A DNA stretch of 60,532 nucleotides, the filler included, from Platydemus manokwari (lineage: Eukaryota), in assembly GCA_037951405.1 (NCBI GenBank). It is 5 parts of 5 records of this genome, joined end to end, with 100 filler letters (N's around TTAATTAATTAA, not from the genome) between each part and the next. Parts side by side here need not be neighbours in the genome. Positions count along the whole stretch, not along the records: positions 23,389 to 36,446 come from JBBMOY011860277.1; positions 36,547 to 50,461 come from JBBMOY011576965.1; 3 more parts are not named here. One strand, 5' to 3'. The notes beneath the pieces are model-generated. The model did not search any database. It was not told the DNA's origin and saw only the letters and a list, made by a program, of their open reading frames with translations. Shown here in pieces: positions 27,125 to 39,912 of the stretch. Positions within the stretch are counted from its first letter, which is position 1. Every line of letters begins with the position of its first letter. A program made the position numbers and the translations under genes.

Positions 27125-30100
27125 TCATTTCAATTTAGAATTCTTCAACTGTTCAATTTCTTTTTCAACGAGCTTCTTTTTCGTTATGGAAATCTGTGCT
27201 TTATCTCTCTTGTTTTCCGAAAGAAATTTCTTGGCCTCATTGTTGAAATCTTGCGGCAAATTCATTATCGATTGCAAATACGTTTGTCTTGCAGATGGAT
27301 CCGATGATTTCAATTGGTCCTCCAGCTTCCTAACCGACAATTCTTTATCGTGTATCTTTTGTTTCAGTGCTCCAACCAAATCTGCCGACATCTGTGAGCT
27401 ATTATTCGTCAATTTTCGTTTCAAATCTCCAATTTCATATTTCAGAACATCAATGCTTCCAATACGAAACTTGTCCGATTCTTTACCGATCGATGATACC
27501 GGAACAGGTGACATATTGTATTTCTGATTGAAATCATCAATGACAAGCCATTTCTCCTTGATTTGTTCCGATTGACTGCCCAATACTGGGTTTCTAATGC
27601 GTATTTTCACTTCCAGCTTGCCAGCGACAATTTTCCTGTTCTCCATTATATCGAACGTTTCATGAATCAAGCATTGAGATTCCAATTTTTCCAGCTTGAT
27701 GTTGCACGTGCCGTACAATTTGTCTTTTTGGAGAAATCCTTTCTTGTAATAAATATCAGCTTTCAATTGTTTATTCTTGACAACGCGTTGGAAAACACGA
27801 GATTTCAAATTGATTTGGAATTTATGATTGGAATTATAAATGGGATTATTGGATTTCCGAATGGTTTCCGTGGTGAATGTCTGATAGGCATCATTGGGAA
27901 ATGGCAATTCCAATATGATATAAGTGTCGAATTGATCCGCCGAATAACCGGAAGGCAATCCAAAATTCGTTCCTTTGACCACTTCGACCGACATTTCCGT
28001 TTCAGCCAGATCCGGATTGGATCTGATAACGGAAAACATTTTATATTCGTAATGAAATCGAGGAATTTCTGAATTCTTCTGAATAAGACATTTCAAACCA
28101 TTGAGATCTTTCTCACAAGATATCGCCAGACATTCAAATCGTTTGGCACCAATGATATCACCAGCGATGGTGACAGTGTTCTCGTATTTCTTACAGATCT
28201 TGATTTGTTCCAATAATGTGATTTGCAACTGCTTAAATAGTGTTTCTTTGCTGACATTAAGCATTTCTGATGGCATCTCACATTCATCGACATTGATCAT
28301 TTCAAAATTATAATCCATCTCGGTCGGTAGCGATGGTAATTTGGAGAGATCTACTGGCAAACCGGATTCCGATGCTTGGATAAGTTTCTCGAATCCCATC
28401 GATTGACGTAATAACTCTTTAGCCAGAGGTAAATCTCCATCGAGCTTGGCTTTCAGAGCAGCGGCTTTGAATTGACCCTGTCGATCAATCAGCATTTTGG
28501 TGCTTTTTGATGTGGGTTTTGGTTGTGGCTTCTTCACAGCAACAGTGGATGGGGTCGGTTTCGTTGAAGGAACAACAGTCTGATTGGAAAGCGGTGGTCG
28601 ACCTGGTGGTGGAGGTAATTCATCGAAAGCAAATTGCTGATTCTTTTTAAAAGCCTCGATTGCTTCCTCGTATTGTTGAACAACTCGACCTAATCGTCGG
28701 ATTTTACCATCATTACCTTCTGATTTGGCTTTAGTTATGGAATCTTTATAAAAAGCAAGCCGTAATTTAAGCTCCTCTCCCAGAGGTTGAATGGTTGGCT
28801 TTTCAGGTTCGACCAAAACATCATTCGGTTCTTCTGGTTCTAAATTTAAATCGCTGAGCTTAAATTCCGAAGGCGGTGGTGGCATATCACTCAAATCAAA
28901 AGGTTCACCGGCTTTCACCGCTGAAATAACTTCATCGAATTGTTTAGCAACAATCAACAACCCTTTAGCCAACTCAATATTTTTAGATTTGGATTCGACA
29001 GCTGCGGTTTTATATTCGATTTGCCTTTTACATAAAGCATCGATGACTATCTTTTGAGAATTTACTTCAAGATTTTTATCGTTTTTAGGAGACTGTGATC
29101 GATAAGTCTTTTGCGGAGGTTCGCTTGTAGTCTGAATAGTCGATTGTATATTAGTAGATTTGTTTTCTTTACTTTCCTCAGTTTTAAGGGAAACGTGTTG
29201 AGGAATATGAACCATTGGTGGAAATTCTGATTCATCAACCGGTTGGCCTTTCAAAGCCTTTTGTAATAACTCATTGATAAGTTTTAGAGAGCGATCGTAT
29301 CTTTTGGATTTGTTCAGATCATTTGATGCTGTTGCATGCTTAATGGCTTCCTGGTAAAGATTTTTAAGGTTTTGTAACTTTTCAACACTTTCAGACGATG
29401 CAGCTGGGACGCTCTTCTTTTGGACATGGTCTTCTACCTTTTCTTCTTTTAAGAAATCATTTAATTCAGCTAATAATTCCGGATCATTTTCATCGATGTC
29501 ACCATCATTGATATCCTAAAAGACATAAAGTGGGTTCATATGTGGTCACAAAATAATTCGGCTTAAATTAAGAAAAAGGTTATTTGAACTAATGTAATAA
29601 TAATAAACAACAATCACAATTTAAAGTCGTTTCAATATTTTGATTATAAATGTCCCGGTTATTCGGATTCACAGAGTACTTATAATGATTCACATTGTCA
29701 AGTTGATAACCGAGGTTTTGGAAATCACCTATAAGACTTTCAATAAAATATCAAAATGATTGATCCGCCTTTATCTACCATCAATTAAATACAAAAGAAA
29801 TACTTTAATTATTCATTTATTACAATTATCCTGTAATGCTTTCCTCTAGAATTATCACACCTCGACTTAGAAATAGAAAGAAATTGTTTTTTTTAATATT
29901 TAGTTTTATTTTTGAAATTTTCTACCGTTTTGTGAAGGTTGATTTATTAAACATAATTCGGTTGATGGTTCACATTTTATGATGTCGGATAAAAACTAAA
30001 TGAAATTGTTAAACCAGGTTCTATTCTATTCACAACACTTCTACATGACATTTTGAATTTTTTTTAATTTAAGTTTTTTTAATTGTAAATCGACTTAATA

Positions 30101-30850
30101 AAATCCTTAGTAAGCATGTTTAATAATATAATATTACTTATTTTTATAAATTGTAAAAAGTAAAGATTATCTATAAATTTACTTCTAATTCTAAATAAAG
30201 TGCCCTCGCTAATTTTCAAAAATTGCAATTTGGTCTACTTTTACCGTTTTCAAATAATCAAATTATAGGAAATTTTGAAGCTTTAGCCTATTTAATGTTT
30301 TATTTCAGACAACTAAAATTCTTTTAAAGCACTTAAATAAAATTCAATATTTTTAGAGAACCTAATTAAATAAAGAAAAGATTTTTGCAATACCTTTAAC
30401 ATTTTTAATATTTTATTTTAATATCCATTTTTTAACGTTGGTCAAAATATATTTCCAATATTTAATGCAATTTATTATTACCAAACTTCACATTAAAAAT
30501 TTAAATAATACAAATTTCATTTAATATTATTAATTTAATTATTGAAAATATATATGCAAATTTCTTGGAGTTCTTTAAAAATTAAGCTCTATACGTAAAT
30601 ATATGCACATAAAAAATCATACTTCATTAAGATCGAGATTAAGTAAATTATTATCTATTGCAATAGGTTTTAAATCTTTCTTTTTCGTTTTCTCTGCTTT
30701 AGGTGAAACTTTTCCTCCTCCACCTAGCAGTTCTAATAGTTCAGCTTCTAATGAAGGATCGTTTTCAAAATCCCCAATTACTGGAGCATCAAAATCATCT
30801 AAATTTGACAGAAAAGGAAGGTTTGGCCTCTTCTTATTACTTTTAGACAT
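27125..30850 (-). CDS. CC2D1: Coiled-coil and C2 domain protein 1 (Lgd/CC2D1), exons 30623..30850 and 27125..29515, about 872 aa
   Basis: N-terminal DPSLEAELLEL and DENDPELLAEL, four DM14-type repeats (GQPVDESEFPP, RQIEYKTAA..GEPFDLSDMPPPP, FAFDELPPPPG, GLPVDLSKLP) and a C2 domain ending GKLEVKIRIRNP..KEKWLVID. Phase-0 GT..AG intron. Confidence 0.92.
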
Positions 30851-33098
30851 TATATAAAAATTATCTAGATCTTTTGTATTAACAGTATATAACTGAGAAA
30901 TGTTAAATTATTAGTTTCACATTTACATCAATTAATATATTTAAACAAGGCATAGTCTGAAAAATCTTTTCAAAATGAAATATTAAATTTGAAATAAGAA
31001 ACTAAAATAATTTATTTAGTTAAACCAAATCTATTTCCTATACATAAAAACTATTTTGAGTCCTTAGATTAAAGTTACCGATAAACAAATTAAAAGTTTT
31101 AAATTAGGAATAGGACAAGCACCGGATTAGAATTAAAATTGTCTGCTGAAAATATTTTTATAAATTCCAGCAATGTGGTTATCAGTCATTTACAATGTTG
31201 GAATCCACTTTAAAGCTGATTTCTTTTTCCTTTTCTTGTCTAAATCTCACTGTGTTTAGATTATTTCCTATAAATTTTATTAGAATAAAGACTGCATCTA
31301 TTTAAATTCAGTGAATTCCAAAATAAATATTTAATTCTAATAATGACATTGTTTAATTTAGTAAATAGATAAGTTAGGAAAATTATAATTTTGCAGGAGA
31401 ATACTCACGTCGACATAAATTACAATATTTATACAAATCAATTACCAATAATACCAAAACTATTCTTGCTATGAATGCAACAAATCATGAATAAGCGGAA
31501 ACTGATTTTCGCTTTGGATTTAATATTATTTGATAGTGATTTCGTTTACCTCTTTCATGGATTCTAGCTTATTTAGGTTGCGGGAGAATCAAATAAAAGA
31601 AATTTCAAAAATATTAACAATCAAGGAATATTATGTACAACAGCAAGTAAGTTGGTACATTACTAGTAGCAAAACGATGATGAAGATTAAATGCGTAGAA
31701 CTATCATGTGGTCAATGGAATAAAAGATTTACCTTATCAGTCTTTTATAATTAAATTGATTGAATTAATTTGTGTATTTTTTCACTAACTTGCTTCTCTT
31801 GCTCCATTACGTTATAAAAAATAATATTAAATATTCAAAAAATTAAATACTTTAAATTATTAATAATTTATAATATGAGAAATTTGATTTTTACATAAAT
31901 AGAAAATATGACACCAAGTATGAATGCATTTATTTAATATAAATTTCTCATTCAATTCTTTGGACCAATGGATTAATGAATAGCTTGTGACGTATAATCT
32001 TTGATTCCTCAACAAATAAAAATGTTTCAACTACTACTTGCAAAGATAAATAAATGAAATGTTAGCAAGTTTAAGTGTGAATTAAATGAGTTGTGCATGA
32101 ATAATTTTTATTATTTCATATGCTATGTTTATAATACCTTTATGACGTGTCAGATTTTACCCATTTTTATTTAAATTTTGCTTATTCTTGTTACACTTTA
32201 TCTAGTTTGATGGTTTGTTTTCAATTACTTTGTTTGCAATTTGCAGAGTTTGTTTTATTTCTTTATCCTTATAATAACCATTTTGTTAATTGATTTGTCT
32301 TTCTTTTCTTTGCGATGACCTCTTTATTTTCAATAGACAAAACTCGGGAGAATGTTTTATTTATTAATCTTAATTTTCCCATGTATCTTAAAAAATTCTC
32401 ATTTCTGTTTTGTAGCAAAATTGTAATACTTTCTTGCAAAATTGGTATTGTTGGGTATATCACAAATCAGTCAAAAGGGTCCCAAAAACCAGGGAAAACG
32501 TAAAAATGGTCAATACACACAAACCCGAGATCACATGTGCCGTTAACAAATCAGATTCGTTCTAATGTTAATCCATATTTAGAAGCTAAGAATCGACAGA
32601 TACCTGTTTACAAACGACAGCAAGCTCAAATATCCGATAATGACGTGAGAAAATATAAGGAAATTCTCTAGTAAATCGATCCACAAACAATATCAGTGAA
32701 TTGAAAACGAAGATCCGCGACATCAAGCAGACGAAGTTAAATTCCATGGATTATTGCCAGTCTTTTTGGTTGGTAATTTCAATGCTTAGCTTCTGTGTGA
32801 TTTTGGTAATCAGTCTTTTTGATTACTCTTCATTCCGTTTTTTAACTTACTGGCGCTGATCCCATCTTGAGTAATTTTATTTGTAAATTACATTGAGATT
32901 TGTTATTGTTATTATTGAGACTTTGAGTGTATTATTTTGGTTAATACAAATTTGCAAATTCAAATTAAGTTTAAAAATATTTAAAAAAATTATTTAGCAT
33001 AGGAAAACAATATTATAATTTATTTATATTAAAAAAAATACAGCATGAAAATTCAGAATTATTATTATTCTTTTAAAATTATTATTAAATATACAATA

Positions 33099-34058
33099 TG
33101 TAAGGGCTTAAACAAATATAATATGCATAATACATAAATACCCTATATATTGTTCGGTTTTGGTCGGTTTAAATTTCAGAAGGTTTTTAAGCTCGTAGAG
33201 TTTTACACAATTTACGCCTGACTTCAAAGGCGCTGTAAAAATAATGATAGAAATAATTTAAATATGAATAAATGAACACAATAGATAAGAATATATATAT
33301 AATCCAAATCATATTACAAATATATAATCACAACCATGAATTACAATAGTTAATTATTAATTAATATAAACAAATAACCAGGTAAATTAATCAGGACGTT
33401 TATTAATTAACGACTATTGTTATCTTGTGTGAATTTAATTGTCCCTTGTGTGGAGAGCTACAAAGTTCTCCTTGGGACCTAATAGTCCGGCAACTACACA
33501 GACAAGATTTCGATAATTGAAACAAGTTAAGTTTTAATGAAATAGTGGTTGAGTGGGGCCCAAGATAATGTTAATAGCAATTGTTATATTATTTAACATG
33601 TGTATAATATGAAAAGTTATAAAATTGATAAAATTACTTATTTCGCGTTGCGAAGACAAAAATGTTTTCTTCTTTCTAGCAAGTGTACTGTGTTTACGCA
33701 GGTCGGCTTTAAATAGTTTCCTGTTTCAGACAACACTTGAGTTTCTTCTAAGTAAAATAGTGGTTTTCTTCTACAAATCATTAAAGTTATTATTTGTCAA
33801 CGTCGTCGAAAATTTTTACAATAATTTGTAGGAGTTTGTCCAATAAATAAAATAATTTATGAGTGTAGTTATGCGTCATCACTTTCTTTTTATATTGTTA
33901 TTCCTCTCCTTTCTGGCCTATCATCTTATTAGATTATTATTATATTTTCTTTATACTATTTTTGTACTCCAACGTTTTTATAATTCTATTTTTATAATTA
34001 TTAAATTATTTTTATTTACTTTTAGACTTAATCTTTATTATATTTAGTAAATATTACA
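33099..34058. repeat. LTR-like unit of about 960 bp with TGTAA...TTACA termini
   Basis: 5-bp inverted TG..CA termini and homology to 15.8-16.4 kb. No TSD seen. Confidence 0.5.
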
Positions 34059-34393
34059 ATGTCCGGCAGAAGCTCGCAACCTATTTTTGTAGTCTGTACA
34101 TAAGATGCATGATATAATAAATATGCAATTATGTCGCCTCATTTTTGCAAATTATTCTTTTGAAACAAACTAAAAATTAAATATATCAACAAAATATAAA
34201 TCAGAAAATAAGACTGAACAAAGAATTATAGAAAACAAATATGATTATCATTCTTTAATGATAAACAAGTAACATGAAAACGACTGCAAATCAATAGTAA
34301 GTTCTTAGCAAAGTTATTCCATTGAAGTGTTTTTGTCAAACAAATCAAGACTAAGATATTAATTAGCATAATAAACCAAAAATCATGTATTTC

Positions 34394-34699
34394 CTAATTT
34401 GACACCGTCTGCTTATCCGGACTTGAAACCATTGTTACATTCTCTATAAAGTCCTTAATAGAATTATTAACCATTTGTTCAATTAATTCACCATTTTGAA
34501 TTTGTGATTCAACAAAAACTTTCCAAACCTCCAAAAAAAGCGATGCGAAAAAAATAATTATAATTATAACAATACAAATAATGGTAACGATTCCCAATAC
34601 TTTATGAATCCAAAAGTCTTCACGATTAACACTGGAAATACAAATATCCAGATCAATGCCTTCTGGAAAATAAACATTTTCTACTATAGAATGAATCAT
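34394..34699 (-). CDS. Possible small single-pass membrane protein or exon
   Basis: 101-aa ORF with a clear hydrophobic segment (VLGIVTIICIVIIIIIFFASLFL) just downstream of CHMP1. No homology recognised. Confidence 0.25.
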   Translation of the reverse strand: MIHSIVENVYFPEGIDLDICISSVNREDFWIHKVLGIVTIICIVIIIIIFFASLFLEVWKVFVESQIQNGELIEQMVNNSIKDFIENVTMVSSPDKQTVSN

Positions 34700-34820
34700 A
34701 GATAGATTTATTTATAAAACATTAATTGATAATATCGATTTTTATATTGAAAAATTAAAAAAAATCGTAAATTGTATTTTCAAGCAAGAATGATAATCTG
34801 TAATCGGAAAAATATTTCAA

Positions 34821-35916
34821 TCATTGACGTAAAGCTGCTAATCTGAAAAATAAATAAATAATTTTTAAAAGGCTATTAAAAAAAAATTTCAAAATATCTC
34901 CTGGACCCATACTGGTTACCAGGCAACCAACTGCATTAACTTTAACATTTAAGTCCATTAAAAATAACAAATTTAAGGCATTTAACATAATATTTTACTG
35001 CCAACCTCTTAGTCAAATCATCTTCTTTAGCAGCCTCTCTTTCTGAAGACCGTGAACCGGAAATTAATGAGCCTTCGTTCAACTTCAAATTAGTCAAATC
35101 GTTCATAACTTCTAATCCATTTTCTTCAGCCACTTGTTTGATTAATGAATTAACTTGATCTTCTGGTGCGGACAAAGTAACAGCGTTTCCCATAGCATTT
35201 TCAACTGTTGATGTTCGAACATCGAGATCTTCAAATTGTCTCTCAAATTTCGACATGATTCGATCTATTTTTTCCAAATCCATGGAAGCCATTGCTTTTT
35301 CCAGATCTTTGGTTACATTTTGAATGCCATGAGTAACCTTATTTTATGAAAATTAATTTTAATGTCATCTTAAGCATTAATTTAAAAACAAAAATTAATT
35401 TAGTACATCAGTTAATTTAAAAAAATCGGAAAATTTATAATTTCATAAAAACTTAACAATAGACATTAAGATATGACATTTGGTCAATATACCTGTTTCA
35501 TTGTTATAGCAGTTTGAATTCTTGAGGAGACAGCATCTAATTTTGAAGATAATCTCATATAATTAAGGCATTCATTCTTCTTCCTAATAGCATTTTCTGC
35601 ATAAATTTTTGCACCTTCAATATTTTTTTGGAGTAAAGCCTAAGGCTTTAAATTGAAAGTAACTATTAAAAATATCCGATAACCTACTTTCTTCACCTTT
35701 CCTTGCTCGACTAATTGCTCCTTTTCAGCTTTTTTAGCAAATCTATCAATTTGTTTACCTGAAAACTATTTTTATCTTACATTTAAAAAGAAATCAATTT
35801 GTTAAATTACTTTCAACTGAAAAAGTGTTTCTAAATTAATTAAAAAATTCTATTAAAATGATGAAATATTAATTAATAAGATAACCATCTAGATTTGGTT
35901 TATTGAAGCTAAACAT
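34821..35916 (-). CDS. CHMP1A: ESCRT-III subunit CHMP1 (CHMP1A-like), exons 35886..35916, 35811..35830, 35688..35765, 35493..35639, 35006..35337, 34821..34842; 209 aa
   Basis: Spliced product reads ..[72 protein letters not shown] (MIM1 tail). All introns are GT..AG and in phase. Confidence 0.93.
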
Positions 35917-36370
35917 ATTTTCCTTCCAAATTACAAATTCTGTAATTTTTAAACAAAGACCTAATTGTGAAATTATAAACGAAATAAAAATAACTTCTGT
36001 AAATTGAAAATTTTTTGAATATCAAACAAATTTAAGAAACTGTTATTATACGAATATCTTCAACTTTGAATATTTGTTATTATTTAATTTTCTTATAATT
36101 TTCCCTTTTATTTTATTAAAATTTTAACAAGGTTAATCAGTAACAAAATGTTTAAAATAAGGAGTCTGGATTTTAAATTTTAATTCACTTTTATATGTTA
36201 TTATATCATTTAAGTTGGCCTACGAAAAGTATTTGGTAAACTTAAATCAAAATTTTAAATACTGTGATTTAAATTTTTTATCAAATAATGACTAATCAAA
36301 ACATGATTATTAAAATTATTTTCGCTAAATCATAAATATTGTTTAAGAAGTGACTTGAAAACTTAAGACC

Positions 36371-36446
36371 TACCAGGTGTGTCGGTAATTCCTTTCCGGT
36401 TTTTTCGCTAAACAAAAAAAAACAAAACACAAACAAAACAAAATTT
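36371..36446. mobile_element. Probable Tc1/mariner-type end at the contig edge
   Basis: TA-CCAGGTGTGTCGGTAATTCCTTTCCGGTTTTTT resembles a mariner TIR after a TA target. Only one end is visible. Confidence 0.35.
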
Positions 36447-36546
36447 NNNNNNNNNNNNNNNNNNNNNNNNNNNNNNNNNNNNNNNNNNNNTTAATTAATT
36501 AANNNNNNNNNNNNNNNNNNNNNNNNNNNNNNNNNNNNNNNNNNNN
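36447..36546. other. Artificial contig spacer
   Basis: N run with TTAATTAATTAA. Confidence 0.97.
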
Positions 36547-36620
36547 AAGTAGTTTTTAAAAAATTTTGATTTAAAGTTCAATATATAAAAATCGGACATT
36601 TCATATGGGACAACCTAATA
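36547..36620. mobile_element. Mariner transposon end
   Basis: Reverse complement reads TA-TTAGGTTGTCCCATATGAAATGTCCGATTT, a mariner-type TIR at the contig edge. Confidence 0.65.
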
Positions 36621-39021
36621 TTTATAATCGAAAGCTAATGAAGGAAGTCATTGAAACATTATTTTAAAATTTAATTTAAAAATATAACCACGAAGAAAAT
36701 TTTCATTGAGAGAACGAAAATATTTTTATTAATGTGGTGAAATTGAAAATTATAATGAATAAACTACTTCCATGGACTACTTGCAATTCTCAGGTGGGCA
36801 TGCATTCTTTGAATTCATATTCAAAACTTCAAATTGAAGTTTCTTTCTCACTGTTCTCACTACATTAATCTAAAGTAGCTTCAAAGTGAATTATTAATTA
36901 TTTAATGTTATGTGACTCGTTTGCTTATCATTCATTGATTATTTTTCTAAATAGAAGTTAACTTATTAATGAAAGAGTGATGGTTTTGAAATACATCATT
37001 CATGTTCATGTAGTTTGCCATGCCTATGTAGATAATCAATAACATGTTTATTCTAATTTTCGTAATCTCTATAAGTAGCCATAGAAAGTAATATTCATAT
37101 TTTAACGGTTGAAAATATAAATCGAAACATTTCTCAATCTAAACCCAATAACTCATTTATTAATTTGGTCAATAGATCATTAATTTGTATAACAAAAAAT
37201 CAACGTGATTTAGTTTTGTATTTAAGAATTTGCTTAAAAATCGATTTTTTTCGATTATTGATTAAAGTAAAATCTCTGAATTACAGCAATAATTTTCCAA
37301 TAAATAAAACAATTGATAAGATAATATGGATTGTAGAATATTTTTTAATATAATTTTATTGATTTATTTTTTAGTATCATTCATTAACTTTTACTTTGTT
37401 TTATAGTTTAAATTGTTGATTTAACGGCAGTATTTTGTGACTCAAAATAAGAATTTCCTGAGTATCTTCCTGGTTTGATTATTGGTTAAATATTATTACA
37501 ATCTTTAACATTGATAATTCTATGATATGCGACATACAAAACGTTTTTCATAAATATTAAATCATTGGAAATTAATATTTGAGCTGTATATGTAGAGATG
37601 TGAATAATAAAAGTAAATTTTAGAAAAATTTATATATTATTTATTATCATAATATTACAAATACTTTTATATATTCATTATCATTATATATTTATTAGGT
37701 GATCTAAACGAATTGAAAGTTGACAATGTATCACAAACCTTGTTTTTACCAATATCATTTTTCTTTAGCAATATTTATGCTGATATTATTATAGCTATTA
37801 TTCAGTTTTCTCAATTTTTATCTTTGTTCTTATAAACTTGCGGTCATGAGCATCTTCAAATTTTGGTTTATTTATCAGAATACATCACTGATTTGTTTAC
37901 TTTTAACTGTTATTTAGGGTTTTTACTTTTTCATCTTTCGTTCACAATTACTTTCTCTTGAAAACATTACTTTAAATAGTAGACAGGTGATGATATTAAT
38001 CTAATTTAAAGTAACTTTTCTTTATATTGGTGGGTATGTTATATTTAAATGCATATACGCATGGTATTTAATTCAAATATCAATCTCCTTGGTTGATACT
38101 TGCATATGTAGCCAGCATATTTCTTAAAATGTGATTTAATAGTTATACCTGCCCATGTGTTTGAGGTCTATATGATAATTTATTAAATTCATCAAATAAA
38201 ATAGCTTACAAATTTCTGCTATTATGTTACTCAGAAAATCTGTGGACATTTCTATTAGTGTTTCATATTGAAAGACTGTTGTAATATTTGTGTGGTTGCA
38301 ATTTTGGCATCATTTAAAATTATGGTCAACACGCAAGGTAGAAGGTAAAATACTAAAAGTATAGATTTATTCTGATTGTTTCTGGCAATGATCTCGTGAA
38401 ATACATCGTTCCGAATTGCATTAATTTGAAATAATCTCTACTGGCTGTAGTGGCATTATTATTTTTGGCCTGTATTTTTTTGAGTGCAATAAATTTTCCA
38501 TGTTTCGAAATTCTTACTTACATCTTCTTTCTTATATGGTCACCAATATTTTCTTTTTAATCTCTTGAACTTTTTATTTGCTTATAGATTCCCTCTTAGA
38601 ATCCCATCATGACATTGTAGTAACAATGCTTCTTGTTCTGCTTTGCTATTTATTAATAATTCTCACAATATTCTGCAAGGAATAACAATTTTTAAATCAT
38701 CCCCAACTTTATCATTCACGTTAATTATCACATTATTAATTTTTTCCTAATTAAATTATTTCTAAATTGCTTTGTCACTTATCGATCAAGCAGTGATGAT
38801 TAAATTAGAAATATTCCACTACGTAAATAAAAATGCTCTTTTAATTATCTATATAAAAATATCAAGAAAGCGATAATAAATTTATTACAAATATCGTTTT
38901 AAACAAAAAAAGATTAAAAATCATTTATTTTTTGAGAAACAATAAAGCAATACAAATAATTATAACTGCATATCTAAGCATTGCGAAAAAAAAGTTGTCT
39001 TGAAGGACTTTGCTTAAAATC

Positions 39022-39912
39022 TTAAGTATTTTTAATCCAATGAAATACTTTATTCTTTCGAAAAATGGATTGAATTGCTGAAACAATGTTTTGATTACCA
39101 CAGATAAAAATTATTGGATTGATCAATACGATAAAATAAAATAAATGAACATGTATATCATTAATGTTTGCTAAAATTTTAAAATTTACTAACGGTACCG
39201 GTATAAAGCATATTAAATAGATGACGTTTATTGAAAATAAATATCGACCGAATTTGATCAGTTTTGCTACTCGAAGTCTTTCTTCATCATTTCTTTGATC
39301 AAATGTCATTTTCTTGGTTTGCAAATAAAATGTAATAAACATTGTTAGATATGAACAAATACTTATCAATAATTCCAATAAGCAACCAACTCCATATATC
39401 ACTAGATAAGATAACCTAATTTTCTCTTGAATATTTATTGAAAAATTTAAAAAACCCAAGACTGGTAAAATATTGATCATAATAGTGAAAGATATAATGA
39501 TGATAGAAACCATTCTGACTTTTCGTGGTGTCCATTTAGCTGTTATTGGATGGGTAATAGCTAGATATCGATCAATAGCAAGCATTGTTAACATTGACAT
39601 TTCAGCTGCGCATAAAATATTTCTGATTATTTCTAAAACAATCAAAGAACAGTGTTGTTGCACTTTTATTGATGCTTTTTGTGTTATATGAATTATGATA
39701 ACAATCGATATAATAAAATCAAACATGTTTAATAACTTCATGATTAAATTAAACGTGACTCTGTGTCCGAGAAATTTCTTTTCAAAGTTGCGGTGCAGAT
39801 AAATAACGAGACCATTAAGAATCAATGCAAAGCATCCAACGATTCCATATAATATATAGAAGCTTAGATAAAAGTTTTTCCAAGGATAAATGTAATTATC
39901 ACATGTTGACAT
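39022..39912 (-). CDS. Intronless rhodopsin-family (class A) GPCR, orphan
   Basis: Seven hydrophobic segments with TM1 LILNGLVI, TM2 D, MLAIDRYLAITHP, TM6 ICFIP and TM7 LINPIIF. First ATG is at 39912. Confidence 0.85.
   Translation of the reverse strand: MSTCDNYIYPWKNFYLSFYILYGIVGCFALILNGLVIYLHRNFEKKFLGHRVTFNLIMKLLNMFDFIISIVIIIHITQKASIKVQQHCSLIVLEIIRNILCAAEMSMLTMLAIDRYLAITHPITAKWTPRKVRMVSIIIISFTIMINILPVLGFLNFSINIQEKIRLSYLVIYGVGCLLELLISICSYLTMFITFYLQTKKMTFDQRNDEERLRVAKLIKFGRYLFSINVIYLICFIPVPLVNFKILANINDIHVHLFYFIVLINPIIFICGNQNIVSAIQSIFRKNKVFHWIKNT

Noticed and set aside
26933-27307. Poly-Tyr ORF
   Set aside because: Translation of a (TAT)n microsatellite, antisense to the CC2D1 3' end.
34942-35005. 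CHMP1 ORF ending [11 protein letters not shown]...
   Set aside because: Intron read-through; the true last exon 34821-34842 gives RLAALRQ*.
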